DNA from: Candidatus Saccharimonadota bacterium
Lineage (GTDB): Bacteria > Patescibacteriota > Saccharimonadia > Saccharimonadales > UBA10212
DNA length: 64,000 nucleotides
NCBI GenBank assembly: GCA_013815775.1
Contig: JACDFN010000001.1
Span: forward strand, 109,883 to 173,882
Direction of reading: 5' to 3'
This document shows, piece by piece, positions 1-9,940 of the stretch. A program made the translations under genes and the position numbers. Position 1 is the first letter of the stretch. Every line of letters begins with the position of its first letter. Under the pieces are notes generated by a model. That model saw nothing but the letters and a program-made list of their open reading frames with translations. It ran no database searches and was not told the origin of the DNA.

Positions 1-3
1 AGG

Positions 4-693
4 TTGAACGAGCGGCTTGCCCAAGGCCGGCCGGATTTGTTCCGCAGGGACTTTCTAACAGTACTCCGGGTTATGATATGGATTATTCTGCCTCTGGCCG
101 TGATTACTTTCTTCGCCAGAGCATATTTGGCTCGATTAATCTTTAAGAACATAGCCCCTGACATTGCCTTAATCTTAGGTTTTTTTGTGGGTGCCATTAT
201 ATTTCGTACGATTTATGCCATAATCTCTCGCTACTTCTATGCATATAAGGACACCAGGACCCCGCTATTCGTTTCTTTATTCGCTATAGCTCTAAACATT
301 TACCTAGCGTTTACCCTGTCCAGGCCAAGCTCATACGGCTTAACAGGCCTAGCAATGGCGCAGTCAATAGTCGCCGCCTTTGAAGTGGTAGTATTGGTAC
401 TGCTAATTTACATTAGGGATAGGCAAATGTTTTCGGCGGACTTCTGGAGCGGAGTAATAAGAACAATATCTGTTACCGGGTTTACGGTTCTAACTACTTA
501 CATCATGGTATCGATGGTTCCTCTCCTGGCTACCGACAAGGGTTTCGTCACCCTAGGCGCTAAGCTACTGGCTATAGTTGTTCCAACCCTAGCGGTTCAT
601 TTTGCCGTGTCGTCTCTTTTTGGCCTCGAGGAAGTCCGACCTGTTACAAGGAAGATTAAGCAAATTATCCTTAAGCCCGTCCGCATCCAGTGA
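4..693 (+). CDS. murJ: Lipid II flippase MurJ/MviN, C-terminal part (5'-truncated by window)
   Basis: Multi-TM protein with 'R.FYA.KDTRTP' and 'GLA.A.SI' motifs typical of MurJ. Confidence 0.85.
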   Translation: MNERLAQGRPDLFRRDFLTVLRVMIWIILPLAVITFFARAYLARLIFKNIAPDIALILGFFVGAIIFRTIYAIISRYFYAYKDTRTPLFVSLFAIALNIYLAFTLSRPSSYGLTGLAMAQSIVAAFEVVVLVLLIYIRDRQMFSADFWSGVIRTISVTGFTVLTTYIMVSMVPLLATDKGFVTLGAKLLAIVVPTLAVHFAVSSLFGLEEVRPVTRKIKQIILKPVRIQ

Positions 694-804
694 GAACTTC
701 GCACCGCACCAGCCACTCGACCGGCACAGTCGGCTGCTCTGCTAGTGCTTCTGGCGCATCTCTGTGTCGAAAACTCCGGTGCTCACTCACCGTATATTAA
801 ATAC
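693..804 (+). repeat. MITE/RPE-like palindromic element, copy R1 (truncated)
   Basis: Shares AGAACTTyGCACCGC with the copy at 51956 and CGGTrCTCACTCAmCGTATA with the reverse complement of the copy at 17808. Confidence 0.6.
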
Positions 805-833
805 TAAAAATAACCTCTGTTATAATCTGTTAG

Positions 834-2615
834 ATGACTCAGGAGCAAATTCGCAATTTTTGCATAATTGCCCATATTGACCACGGTAAGTCGACGCTTG
901 CTGACAGATTGCTTGAATTGACGGGCACGGTTGAAAAACGACAAATGAAAGCCCAAATATTAGACCGGATGGACTTGGAGCAAGAGAGAGGCATCACTAT
1001 CAAACTTGCGCCAGTTAGGATGGCTTACAAAGGCTACGAACTGAACCTGATTGATACACCCGGGCACGTAGACTTTAGCTATGAGGTAAGTCGATCACTA
1101 GAAGCTGTAGAGGGCGCAATACTTGTAGTTGATGCCACCCAGGGTGTACAGGCACAGACGCTGGCTAACGTTTACTTGGCACTTGCAGCGAACCTGAAAA
1201 TCATCCCTGTGCTTAATAAGATTGATCTGCCAGCAGCCGATGTTGAACGAGTAGGTAAAGAAGTAACTAGCTTGTTGGGCGGTAAGCCGGAAGATATTTT
1301 ACACGTTAGTGCAAAAACTGGAGCGGGCGTGGAGGAGATACTTAAATCTATGATCGAAGATGTACCTCCGCCGGAAGGCAGCGCAATGGCTGCCAGTCGG
1401 GCACTGATCTTCGACAGTTACTACGATGACTACAGGGGAGTAATTCTATATGTTCGAGTGGTTGACGGGGGTATTTCGAATGGTAACTCCATAAAGATGC
1501 TAGCCACTAATGCCACCGGTGTGGCGCTTGAAGTAGGTGCTCTTCGACCTGATATGACACCTTTGCACAAGCTGGATGCGGGTGAAATTGGCTATATAGT
1601 CACTAACTTAAAGAGCACGAGGGAAGCCAAAGTTGGTGACACAGTTACCTTGAGCGATAACCCGGCAATTCAGCAATTACCTGGCTACAAAGACGTTAGA
1701 CCATTTGTATACGCTGGTTTTTTTCCCGATAGTAACGAAAACTACCAGACTCTAAAAGACGCTATCGAAAAACTAGCTCTAAGTGATTCTGCTTTGCAAT
1801 ATGTTCCAGAAAATTCAATGGTACTAGGTTTTGGGTTAAGGCTCGGGTTTCTAGGTCTGCTTCATATGGATATAGTTCGCGAGAGACTAGAGCGGGAGTA
1901 TGGTTTAGAGCTAATTATTACTAACCCTTCCACCGATTACCTAGTTACTCTGACGTCTGGCCAAGAAATTTCTATTCGCTCAGCAGCGGAGCTCCCAGAC
2001 GCTGGCCAAGTGGCTCAAATTAAGGAGCCGTGGATTAAGGGCGAGATAGTTTGCCCCATTTTATATGTAGGCTCAGTTTTAAACTTAATCGTAAGTTCAC
2101 GAGGCCTCCAGAAACATATCAGCTACGTTGATGCACAATTGGCAGTTATAGATTTCGAAGCACCTCTTGCCAATCTTTTAACCGACTTTTATGATCAACT
2201 TAAAAGCGCCACAAGTGGCTACGGCTCTTTCAATTATGAACTGCAAGATTACCGCGCCGAAGATTTAGTGCGACTTGACTTCTACATAGCCACAGACAAA
2301 GTCGATGCTCTATCAGTAATGGTGCATAGAATCGAATCCGAAAAAGTAGCCAGAAGCACTGTCAAAAAACTTAAAGACGTTATCCCTAGGCAGCAGTTCA
2401 AGGTTAGCTTACAGGCAGCTATAGGTGGAAAATTTATTTCTCGCGAAGACATTAGTGCGTTTCGTAAAGATGTTACAACCGAGCTTTACGGCGGAGACGT
2501 GTCACGAAAGAAAAAGGTCTTAGCTAAACAAAAAAAAGGCAAGGAGCGAATGAAACGCTTTGGAAAAGTAGATATCCCAGCGGAGGCTTTCGCTGTCATG
2601 TTGCGTAGGGACTAA
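834..2615 (+). CDS. lepA: Elongation factor 4 (LepA)
   Basis: IRNFCIIAHIDHGKSTLADR, DTPGHVDF, NKID and the C-terminal RKDV..YGGD motif. Confidence 0.98.
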   Translation: MTQEQIRNFCIIAHIDHGKSTLADRLLELTGTVEKRQMKAQILDRMDLEQERGITIKLAPVRMAYKGYELNLIDTPGHVDFSYEVSRSLEAVEGAILVVDATQGVQAQTLANVYLALAANLKIIPVLNKIDLPAADVERVGKEVTSLLGGKPEDILHVSAKTGAGVEEILKSMIEDVPPPEGSAMAASRALIFDSYYDDYRGVILYVRVVDGGISNGNSIKMLATNATGVALEVGALRPDMTPLHKLDAGEIGYIVTNLKSTREAKVGDTVTLSDNPAIQQLPGYKDVRPFVYAGFFPDSNENYQTLKDAIEKLALSDSALQYVPENSMVLGFGLRLGFLGLLHMDIVRERLEREYGLELIITNPSTDYLVTLTSGQEISIRSAAELPDAGQVAQIKEPWIKGEIVCPILYVGSVLNLIVSSRGLQKHISYVDAQLAVIDFEAPLANLLTDFYDQLKSATSGYGSFNYELQDYRAEDLVRLDFYIATDKVDALSVMVHRIESEKVARSTVKKLKDVIPRQQFKVSLQAAIGGKFISREDISAFRKDVTTELYGGDVSRKKKVLAKQKKGKERMKRFGKVDIPAEAFAVMLRRD

Positions 2616-2645
2616 AAAATCTCAGCAGACTGCTAAACTATTAGC

Positions 2646-3359
2646 ATGGGAAAATTGGGTCAACAGGAGGACTTAGTATTATACGAGCCACCCCAAAGCA
2701 TCTTGGAGGCGCTTCCCAAGGTCCGGTTACGTGCCCTTGTCGGCCCGAGCGGAAGCGGCAAGAGTACCATAATAGATATTTTGCAAAAAAAGTGGCCCAC
2801 TAAGTATGCACAGGTAGTGGGTGATACTACCCGTCGCCCACGTAAGGGGGAAGTAGATGGTGCTACTTACAACTTCCGGGCTGAGGAAGAGATGATACAT
2901 GACTTACATGCCAGACGGTTCCTACAGGTCGTGCCAGGTTCGATGGGTAATTTCTACGCTACTCGCCCAGAGCAGTATCCTGCTAACAAGTTTGCGATTA
3001 TGGCTATACAGGCACGAGTAATGGAAAAATTCCAGAAGCTGAGATTTAAAGATATCAAATGGTTGCTGATAGTACCCTGTAGCGATAAAGACTGGCTGCG
3101 TTGGCAAGAATCCAATGCTCAAAGTGTGCAAGACAGAAAAGAGCGTGAAGCAGAAGCTATAGACTCTTATGCTCGTTCTCTTAGTAACCCTAATACTTAC
3201 TACATTCTCAACGATACGCCCGAAAACGCGGCCAGAAGAATAGTACAGGTTGATAGTAACCGTAGGCCCGACAATGAAATTTTGGCAAAACAAACGGCCA
3301 TCTGTAATCTAGAAGCGCTTAAGGCTCGGCTTGCACTAACGCATCGGGATAATGAATAA
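2646..3359 (+). CDS. Guanylate kinase-like protein 1
   Basis: P-loop GPSGSGKST and TTRRPRKGEVDGATYNF GMP-binding motif. Confidence 0.8.
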   Translation: MGKLGQQEDLVLYEPPQSILEALPKVRLRALVGPSGSGKSTIIDILQKKWPTKYAQVVGDTTRRPRKGEVDGATYNFRAEEEMIHDLHARRFLQVVPGSMGNFYATRPEQYPANKFAIMAIQARVMEKFQKLRFKDIKWLLIVPCSDKDWLRWQESNAQSVQDRKEREAEAIDSYARSLSNPNTYYILNDTPENAARRIVQVDSNRRPDNEILAKQTAICNLEALKARLALTHRDNE

Positions 3360-4107
3360 TAGGTCAATGCAAACAAACGGGCTTCAACGCTATAAGGAAT
3401 TTAAATTTGCGTTAGCAAGCTACAGGATATCCGAACGTGCTAAAAGTGAAATTACTGACTTACGGTTAGTACTATTAATTGCTCCAACATCGGGGGGTCG
3501 CAATACCATAATCCGTCGTTTACTTACCGATGGCGGATATCACTACATTGTCTCTGACACTACCCGCAAACCGCGAATTAACGATGGAATTCTTGAACAA
3601 AATGGCAGAGAGTATTGGTTTAGGACAGAGGAAGAAATGCTAGCAGATCTTCAAACCGGTGAATATCTGGAGGCTGAGCTTATACACGGCCAGCAAGTGT
3701 CAGGCATCAGTATTCGTGAGTTAAAAAAAGCAAAGAAGCAAAACAAAATTGGAATTACCGATATTGACCTTGACGGTGTCCATAACGTTATAAAAGTTAA
3801 ACCCGATACTATTATAATCATGATTTTGCCGCCAAGTTTTGATGAATGGCAGAGAAGGATAGCTCGAAGGGGGCATATGAGCGGGCAGGAGTATATAAGA
3901 AGACTTCAAACAGCCGACAAGATATTCTCTGACGGCATTAAGAACAACTTTTACCACTTCCTTATATCGGAAAATGTAGAACAATCAGCTTCAATTATCA
4001 ATTCAATAGTCGAGGGTGGGCGTAATCCCCACCAAGATCGAGGCCGCTCTTTACTGAGCCAACTTCAAAGTCATTTACAAGAAAAACTCCTTGAACCCAG
4101 TAAATAA
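3352..4107 (+). CDS. Guanylate kinase-like protein 2 (degenerate P-loop)
   Basis: APTSGGRNT, SDTTRKPR...E.NGREYWF, I.ILPPSFDEW..R...RG. Confidence 0.8.
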   Translation: MNNRSMQTNGLQRYKEFKFALASYRISERAKSEITDLRLVLLIAPTSGGRNTIIRRLLTDGGYHYIVSDTTRKPRINDGILEQNGREYWFRTEEEMLADLQTGEYLEAELIHGQQVSGISIRELKKAKKQNKIGITDIDLDGVHNVIKVKPDTIIIMILPPSFDEWQRRIARRGHMSGQEYIRRLQTADKIFSDGIKNNFYHFLISENVEQSASIINSIVEGGRNPHQDRGRSLLSQLQSHLQEKLLEPSK

Positions 4108-4108
4108 T

Positions 4109-4135
4109 TTGGCACTCTTGACACAGGAGTGCTAA
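4109..4135. promoter_or_regulatory. CIRCE operator 1, overlapping a sigma70 -35 (TTGACA 4118-4123; -10 TAAAAT 4142-4147)
   Basis: TTGGCACTC-N9-GAGTGCTAA upstream of hrcA. Confidence 0.93.
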
Positions 4136-4155
4136 AAACTCTAAAATAGTAGCAA

Positions 4156-4182
4156 CTAGCAGTAAGCTAGAGCGAGTGCTAA
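4156..4182. promoter_or_regulatory. CIRCE operator 2 (degenerate left arm) abutting the hrcA ATG
   Basis: CTAGCAGTA-N9-GAGTGCTAA. Confidence 0.75.
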
Positions 4183-4893
4183 ATGACCGATAGACAATCT
4201 AAAATTCTTCAAGCTATCGTAGAGCAATATGCAGAGGTAGCAAGTCCAGTTGGCAGTAGTTTACTAGCCAAGGTTTTTGATGTTTCAAGTGCAACCGTAA
4301 GGGCGGACATGGCAGAATTGGAGAAACTGGGTTTTATAACTCAACCACATACAAGTGCTGGCCGAATACCAACCGATGCAGGTTATCGACACTATGTTAA
4401 CCAATTGGCGGGAGCTAGTTTAATAGAACCCTTAAACGAGCGTCGGGCACAACGAGCGCTTTCGGCTCGCGTGAGCGGTGGCGGACTTCCCGAAAATACC
4501 ATTCGTAACACTGTCGATACTCTAGTCGAACTAACCCACAATTTAGGTATGGCAACCATAGGCGATCAGCTTTATATGAGCGGGTTGTCCAACCTTTTTG
4601 GGCAGCCAGACTTTATGAGAGCCAATCAGGTTCGTGAAGTAGCCAGGCTTTTAGATAACTTACAACCTTGGTTGCATGAAACTGCACCTAATGAACCACT
4701 CAGCGTTTATATCGGCCGGGAAAATCCCATAGGCCGAGGAGCAGGTTGCAGTCTTATTATCAGCCGTTTTCGTAGTCCCTTTTCCGATAGAAGCTACATA
4801 GGAGTGCTTGGCCCAACTAGGCAGAGCTACAGGAGCGTGATGGATTTAGTAGAACGTGCAGGGCGAACCTTGGAGGAGGCACTTTATGTCTAA
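4183..4893 (+). CDS. hrcA: Heat-inducible transcription repressor HrcA (short form)
   Basis: PVGS, SSATVR.DMA.LE..G...QPHTSAGRIPT, GVLGPTR. Confidence 0.95.
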   Translation: MTDRQSKILQAIVEQYAEVASPVGSSLLAKVFDVSSATVRADMAELEKLGFITQPHTSAGRIPTDAGYRHYVNQLAGASLIEPLNERRAQRALSARVSGGGLPENTIRNTVDTLVELTHNLGMATIGDQLYMSGLSNLFGQPDFMRANQVREVARLLDNLQPWLHETAPNEPLSVYIGRENPIGRGAGCSLIISRFRSPFSDRSYIGVLGPTRQSYRSVMDLVERAGRTLEEALYV

Positions 4894-5359
4894 AAGCCCT
4901 AAAAAACTATCTGTCGCCCAACTCGAGAAGCAGGTTTCAGAGCTTACCGATGCCCTACAACGCGAACGTGCTGATGCCATTAATGTTAGACGTCGCGCCG
5001 AGCAGGAACGCGAAAAGCTAGCTGATTTTTATAAAGCAATGATAGTTCAGAAACTACTTCCGGCGATTGATAATCTCGAGCGGGCACTAAAACACGCTCC
5101 TAAGGATCTAGCAAAACATGAATACGTTAAGGGTGTTCAAAGCGTGGCCGAGCAATTTGAAAAAGTATTCGCCGATATTGGAGTTAAAAGGGTCAAGTCA
5201 GTAGGTGAGGAGTTTGATCCGCGTTATCATGAAGCAATAAGCATAGAAGACGATGGTGGCGAGCTCGAACTCGTTTCCGAAGAACTCGCACCCGGCTATA
5301 GAATTGAGGATGAAGTAATCCGTCACGCTATGGTTAGAGTAAAAAAGGACAAAAAATGA
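4886..5359 (+). CDS. grpE: Nucleotide exchange factor GrpE
   Basis: LLPAIDNLERA, FDPRYHEA, GY......IRHAMV. Start moved to ATG 4886 after GGAGGAGG. Confidence 0.95.
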   Translation: MSKSPKKLSVAQLEKQVSELTDALQRERADAINVRRRAEQEREKLADFYKAMIVQKLLPAIDNLERALKHAPKDLAKHEYVKGVQSVAEQFEKVFADIGVKRVKSVGEEFDPRYHEAISIEDDGGELELVSEELAPGYRIEDEVIRHAMVRVKKDKK

Positions 5360-5429
5360 TGAAGGTGAAATTATTAACCCAGACCGGGATCACGACACTA
5401 GAATTAACTGAAAGCAAGGAGGAATAATT

Positions 5430-7373
5430 ATGGGAAGAATAATAGGTATTGATTTAGGAACAACCAACTCAGCTATGGCTGTTATGCAGTCGGGTAAGCC
5501 GGAGATAATTAGTAGCAGCGAAGGAAACCGAACTACTCCCAGCGTTGTCGCCATTAATAAAAATGGTGAACGCCTTGTGGGGCAAGTAGCAAATCGCCAG
5601 AGAGTAACCAACCCTACTAACACGATTTTTGGCGTAAAGCGGCTTGTTGGTCGCAAATTTGATGATAAGGAAGTCCAAAAAGATATTGAGCTGATGCCAT
5701 ACAAAATGGTTAAAGCAGGCACCGGCGTAAAAGTTGAAATGGCCGGAAAAGAGTACAGCCCTGAAGAGGTTAGCGGCATGATTTTATCGAAACTCAAAGC
5801 CGATGCTGAAGCTTTCCTGGGTGAGCCTGTTACGGAAGCAGTAATAACTGTACCTGCATACTTTAACGACTCTCAACGTCAAGCCACCAAAGACGCTGGT
5901 AAGATTGCCGGACTTGAGGTAAAGCGAATTATTAACGAACCTACTGCCGCTGCTCTTTCGTATGGGCTAGAGAAGTCAAAAGAGGAAAAAATTGCCGTTT
6001 ACGACCTTGGTGGAGGTACTTTTGATATCTCAATCTTGCAGCTTGGGGACGGTGTATTTGAAGTACTATCTACCAATGGAGACACTCATCTTGGTGGTGA
6101 AGATTTTGATATGCGCATAGTCAATCATTTCGTTGATGAGTTTAAGAAAGTTTCTGGCATTGATGTTAAGGGCGATAAGGCTGCGATGCAACGCCTAAAA
6201 GAGGAAGCCGAGAAGGCCAAAAAAGAGCTATCAACAACTGAAGTTGCCGACGTTAATTTGCCATTTCTAACAGCGGATGCTGATGGGCCCAAACACTTCG
6301 AGCACAAATTAACAAGGTCGAAGTTGGTGGAGCTAGTCCAGGACTTGATTGATAAAACGGAAGAACCGGTGAAGAAGGCTCTAAAAGATGCCAGCTTGGC
6401 ACCCTCCGACATTAATGAAATTGTCCTGGTAGGGGGGATGACCCGTATGCCGGCGGTTGTGGATAAAGTAAAAAAGGTGTTTGGCAAGGACCCTATGCAA
6501 GGTGTAAATCCAGACGAAGTTGTGGCCGTCGGAGCCGCCATCCAAGCCGGGGTGCTGCAAGGCGATGTTAAGGACGTGTTGCTCCTTGATGTTACGCCGC
6601 TTTCCTTAGGAATTGAAACTCTAGGCAGCGTTACGACTAAGTTAATAGAGCGCAATACCACAGTACCTACTAGCAAAAGCGAAACATTCTCTACAGCAGC
6701 CGATAACCAAAATAGCGTGGAGATTCATGTGCTGCAAGGCGAACGCGAGATGGCTTCTGATAATAAGAGTCTGGGACGGTTCATTCTTGACGGAATTCCA
6801 CCGGCCCCTCGCGGAGTACCTCAGGTTGAGGTTAGCTTCAATATTGACGCCAACGGTATCCTGAGCGTTTCAGCAAAAGATAAAGGAACCGGCAAAGAGC
6901 AAAGCATTACCATCAGCGGTAGCGGTAACTTGAGCAAAGAGGACGTAGAAAAAGCCGCCAAAGAAGCCGAAACGCACGCCGAAGAAGATAAAAAGAAACG
7001 CGGTGCCGCGGAAACTAAAAACCAGCTAGAGAATGCTATTTACCAAGCAGAAAAAATGAAAGCCGACTATGCAGACAAGTTATCTGATGAAGATTCGAAA
7101 TCCTTAGACGGTGCAATTGCCGAGGCTAAGAAATTTATAGAATCAACAGATAAGGACGAACTGGAAAAGGCTGTTAAAGACCTCAATGACCGCATAATGC
7201 CAATCGGCGCCAAGATGTATGAACATACTCAAAAAGAAGATAAGTCTGGCGCTGATGAGGCAAAGCCCGACGACCCAAAAACAGAAGCCGGTAAGGACGG
7301 CCCGATTGAAGGCGAAGTGGTAGATTCTCCAGTCGATGAAGGTCAAGAAAACAAAGACAAGCAAGAAGGCTAA
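5430..7373 (+). CDS. dnaK: Chaperone DnaK
   Basis: [28 protein letters not shown]. Confidence 0.99.
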   Translation: MGRIIGIDLGTTNSAMAVMQSGKPEIISSSEGNRTTPSVVAINKNGERLVGQVANRQRVTNPTNTIFGVKRLVGRKFDDKEVQKDIELMPYKMVKAGTGVKVEMAGKEYSPEEVSGMILSKLKADAEAFLGEPVTEAVITVPAYFNDSQRQATKDAGKIAGLEVKRIINEPTAAALSYGLEKSKEEKIAVYDLGGGTFDISILQLGDGVFEVLSTNGDTHLGGEDFDMRIVNHFVDEFKKVSGIDVKGDKAAMQRLKEEAEKAKKELSTTEVADVNLPFLTADADGPKHFEHKLTRSKLVELVQDLIDKTEEPVKKALKDASLAPSDINEIVLVGGMTRMPAVVDKVKKVFGKDPMQGVNPDEVVAVGAAIQAGVLQGDVKDVLLLDVTPLSLGIETLGSVTTKLIERNTTVPTSKSETFSTAADNQNSVEIHVLQGEREMASDNKSLGRFILDGIPPAPRGVPQVEVSFNIDANGILSVSAKDKGTGKEQSITISGSGNLSKEDVEKAAKEAETHAEEDKKKRGAAETKNQLENAIYQAEKMKADYADKLSDEDSKSLDGAIAEAKKFIESTDKDELEKAVKDLNDRIMPIGAKMYEHTQKEDKSGADEAKPDDPKTEAGKDGPIEGEVVDSPVDEGQENKDKQEG

Positions 7374-7523
7374 ATGAAGCCTGCAACCATATTGCGCTAT
7401 ATTTTATTACCGGTAGTAGTTTTTACTGTCGGTGCTAAGGCTGGAGTTGAATATGCTAAGCATATATATGTGAGTCGAGATCGTGAGTTCATAGAAGGTA
7501 AAGTAATTACAAAAAATGGCTAA
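7374..7523 (+). CDS. Unannotated 49-aa small membrane protein between dnaK and dnaJ
   Basis: ATG directly follows the dnaK TAA and the stop overlaps the dnaJ start. [49 protein letters not shown]. Confidence 0.6.
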   Translation: MKPATILRYILLPVVVFTVGAKAGVEYAKHIYVSRDREFIEGKVITKNG

Positions 7524-8616
7524 GGGTGATTACTATGAAATATTAGGGGTTGCTAAGTCCGCATCAGCGGATGAAATTAAAAAAGCTTTCCGCCGGTTGG
7601 CAGTTAAACACCACCCCGACCGTGGTGGTGATGAACTAAAGTTTAAGGAAGTAACTGAAGCCTACGAGGTTTTAAAGGATGTTGAAAAACGTAAGCGCTA
7701 TGACCAATTCGGTCATGCCGGAGTTGGTTCGGGGGCTTCAGGCGGCAACCCGTTCGGCGGATTTGGTCAGGGAGAAGAAATACATTTTGACTTCGGTGAC
7801 CTAGGGCTTGGTGACATTTTTGGTAGTTTTTTTGGCGGTGGAGCCAGTGGCCAACGAGGGCGCCGGCAGAATCGCGGTCGCGATGTAGAGACCGATATTG
7901 AGATTAACTTTGAGCAGGCGGTCTTTGGAACAGAAGAGAATTTACGCTTAAATTTAAGCGACACATGCGAACACTGCAAAGGAACCACTGTTGAACCCGG
8001 ACACGAACTCAAGAATTGCGAGGAGTGTAAAGGCTCGGGGCAAGTCAGCCGAGTAACACGAACTATATTCGGTAATATACAGCAAGCCACTACTTGTCCC
8101 AAGTGTGCAGGGCGCGGCAAAATTCCCGAAAAAATATGCAGTGTATGTCACGGTATGGGCACACGGCAAGCTCAGCAAACGGTTAAATTAAAAATACCGG
8201 CCGGGATTGATGACGGGGCTACCATTCGCCTTCGTGAACACGGAGAAGCCATTGCTCATGGCGCTAAAGGAGACCTCTACGTTAACATTCGTGTAAAGCC
8301 CCACAAGAAATTTACTCGTGAAGGTGAGCTAATTCTTTCTAGTGAGCATGTCAATATGGTTGATGCTGCATTGGGTACCGAAATAGAAGTGGATACCGTA
8401 GATGGTCCGGTGGGCATGAAGGTACCTATTGGCACACAGAGCGGGACGGACTTTAAATTATCAGGCCACGGCGTCCCACGTCTGCGAGGTGGTGCCAGGG
8501 GCTCTCATATTGTGACCATAGTCGTGGATACCCCCGCCAAACTTACAGCTAAGCAAAAAGAATTGCTTCAGCAGTTCAATAAAGACAGAGGTGGCAAGAG
8601 GAGTATTTTTCGTTAG
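7516..8616 (+). CDS. dnaJ: Chaperone DnaJ
   Basis: HPD J-domain, G/F region and four CxxCxG zinc-finger repeats. Confidence 0.98.
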   Translation: MAKGDYYEILGVAKSASADEIKKAFRRLAVKHHPDRGGDELKFKEVTEAYEVLKDVEKRKRYDQFGHAGVGSGASGGNPFGGFGQGEEIHFDFGDLGLGDIFGSFFGGGASGQRGRRQNRGRDVETDIEINFEQAVFGTEENLRLNLSDTCEHCKGTTVEPGHELKNCEECKGSGQVSRVTRTIFGNIQQATTCPKCAGRGKIPEKICSVCHGMGTRQAQQTVKLKIPAGIDDGATIRLREHGEAIAHGAKGDLYVNIRVKPHKKFTREGELILSSEHVNMVDAALGTEIEVDTVDGPVGMKVPIGTQSGTDFKLSGHGVPRLRGGARGSHIVTIVVDTPAKLTAKQKELLQQFNKDRGGKRSIFR

Positions 8617-8655
8617 GGTCTTTACAAAAAAATAAAAGCAGTAGCATAATAATCA

Positions 8656-8778
8656 ATGATGCAATCGCAAAATAAAAAAATTGCCGAACAAGGATTCATC
8701 CCTATGATGATTTTACTCATGGCTATACTCGTGGGTATCGTAGTCTTTGTTTATATGAGGGTAGAACGCGTGGGCTAA
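8656..8778 (+). CDS. Unannotated 40-aa prepilin-like micro-protein
   Basis: MMQSQNKKIAEQG|FIPMMILLMAILVGIVVFVYMRVERVG; CATAAT 5 nt upstream of the ATG. Confidence 0.6.
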   Translation: MMQSQNKKIAEQGFIPMMILLMAILVGIVVFVYMRVERVG

Positions 8779-8802
8779 TATTTCTTTAGAAAAAAAACAA
8801 AA

Positions 8803-9369
8803 ATGAAAATACTTTTGGTAAACAACCACACACAGCATATGAATAGCCTAAAAACGGCTCTAAGGGGGCATGAAGTGGATGTTCAGTTATATGAGCCGGG
8901 AATAGAGTTCCGCCATCAAGGAAAAGACTTGATTATTTTATCAGGCGGCGGCGGCGAAGGGTTGGAGATCGATGACAAGTATAAGAAAGGAAAACTTTGG
9001 TACGAAGACCAGATGGATTTTGTCCTTAAGGCCAACAAACCTCTCTTGGGAATTTGTATGGGATTTGAAGTTATTTGCCGCGCCCATGGCTCAGATGTGC
9101 CTAAGATGCCTAAACTTCTGCTTGAACAGGTTACCTTCAACACTACCGCAAAAGGCCAGTCGTTGCTAGATGAAAAGCATCTTTCCCAGTTTGAGGCTCA
9201 TCAATGGCGCGTCGTTAAAAATCCTAAAGACTTTGATGTACTGGCATATTCTCAGCACGGAATTGAGGTAATCAAACACCGGAAAAAACCGATTTTAGCT
9301 ACTCAGTTTCATCCGGAAAAAACCGGGGGCACCCTAACTATAAAGTCCTTAATGGCTAAGCTAGTATAG
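8803..9369 (+). CDS. Class I glutamine amidotransferase-like protein
   Basis: ILSGG, PLLGICMG (catalytic Cys), QFHPE. Confidence 0.9.
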   Translation: MKILLVNNHTQHMNSLKTALRGHEVDVQLYEPGIEFRHQGKDLIILSGGGGEGLEIDDKYKKGKLWYEDQMDFVLKANKPLLGICMGFEVICRAHGSDVPKMPKLLLEQVTFNTTAKGQSLLDEKHLSQFEAHQWRVVKNPKDFDVLAYSQHGIEVIKHRKKPILATQFHPEKTGGTLTIKSLMAKLV

Positions 9370-9448
9370 GATTAACTATACTTGCTTTATTGATATAATA
9401 ATGGTATAGTTATCTACAATTATTGTAAATTAACCAAGGACTGCAACT

Positions 9449-9940
9449 ATGGCTAGCCCTAAAACACTTATCGGACGTGTCGAGAAGATTCATCTTCCGG
9501 TACTTGGCGTTAAATATGTACCAGCAAAGATTGATACTGGCGCAGATTTTAGCGCAATTTGGGCTTCCCGCCTAGTTGAGAAAGCTGACGGTCTTCATGT
9601 AGTTTTTTTTGGCAAAAGCTCTAGTTTTTATAGTGGAGAAGCAGTAGTTTTTGCAAAAAATGAATATGAACAGACTATCATCAGCAATTCATTTGGACAC
9701 CGACAGAAAAGGTATAAAATTAAGCTCAAGGTTAAAGTTAAAGGACGGCAAATTATCTCTGGCTTTACTCTTGCCGATCGTTCTCAAAAACTTTATCCAA
9801 TCTTGTTGGGGCGTTCAATACTAAGAGGAAAATTTTTAGTCGACGTCGCCAAGGGCAGCCCCATGCACCTGGAAGAGAAAGACCGTAAACTTGAAATGAT
9901 CGAAGAACTGACATTGATTGGAAAGGCAGTTAAAAAATGA
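9449..9940 (+). CDS. RimK-associated retropepsin-like protease (RimB / 'ATP-dependent Zn protease' family)
   Basis: AKIDTGA and YPILLGR motifs; overlaps the rimK start. Confidence 0.85.
   Translation: MASPKTLIGRVEKIHLPVLGVKYVPAKIDTGADFSAIWASRLVEKADGLHVVFFGKSSSFYSGEAVVFAKNEYEQTIISNSFGHRQKRYKIKLKVKVKGRQIISGFTLADRSQKLYPILLGRSILRGKFLVDVAKGSPMHLEEKDRKLEMIEELTLIGKAVKK

Noticed and set aside
5390..7386. Antisense and alternate-frame ORFs over dnaK (likewise over ftsH, pilB, recA, rny and others)
   Set aside because: They are shadow frames of well-supported genes and have no motifs of their own.
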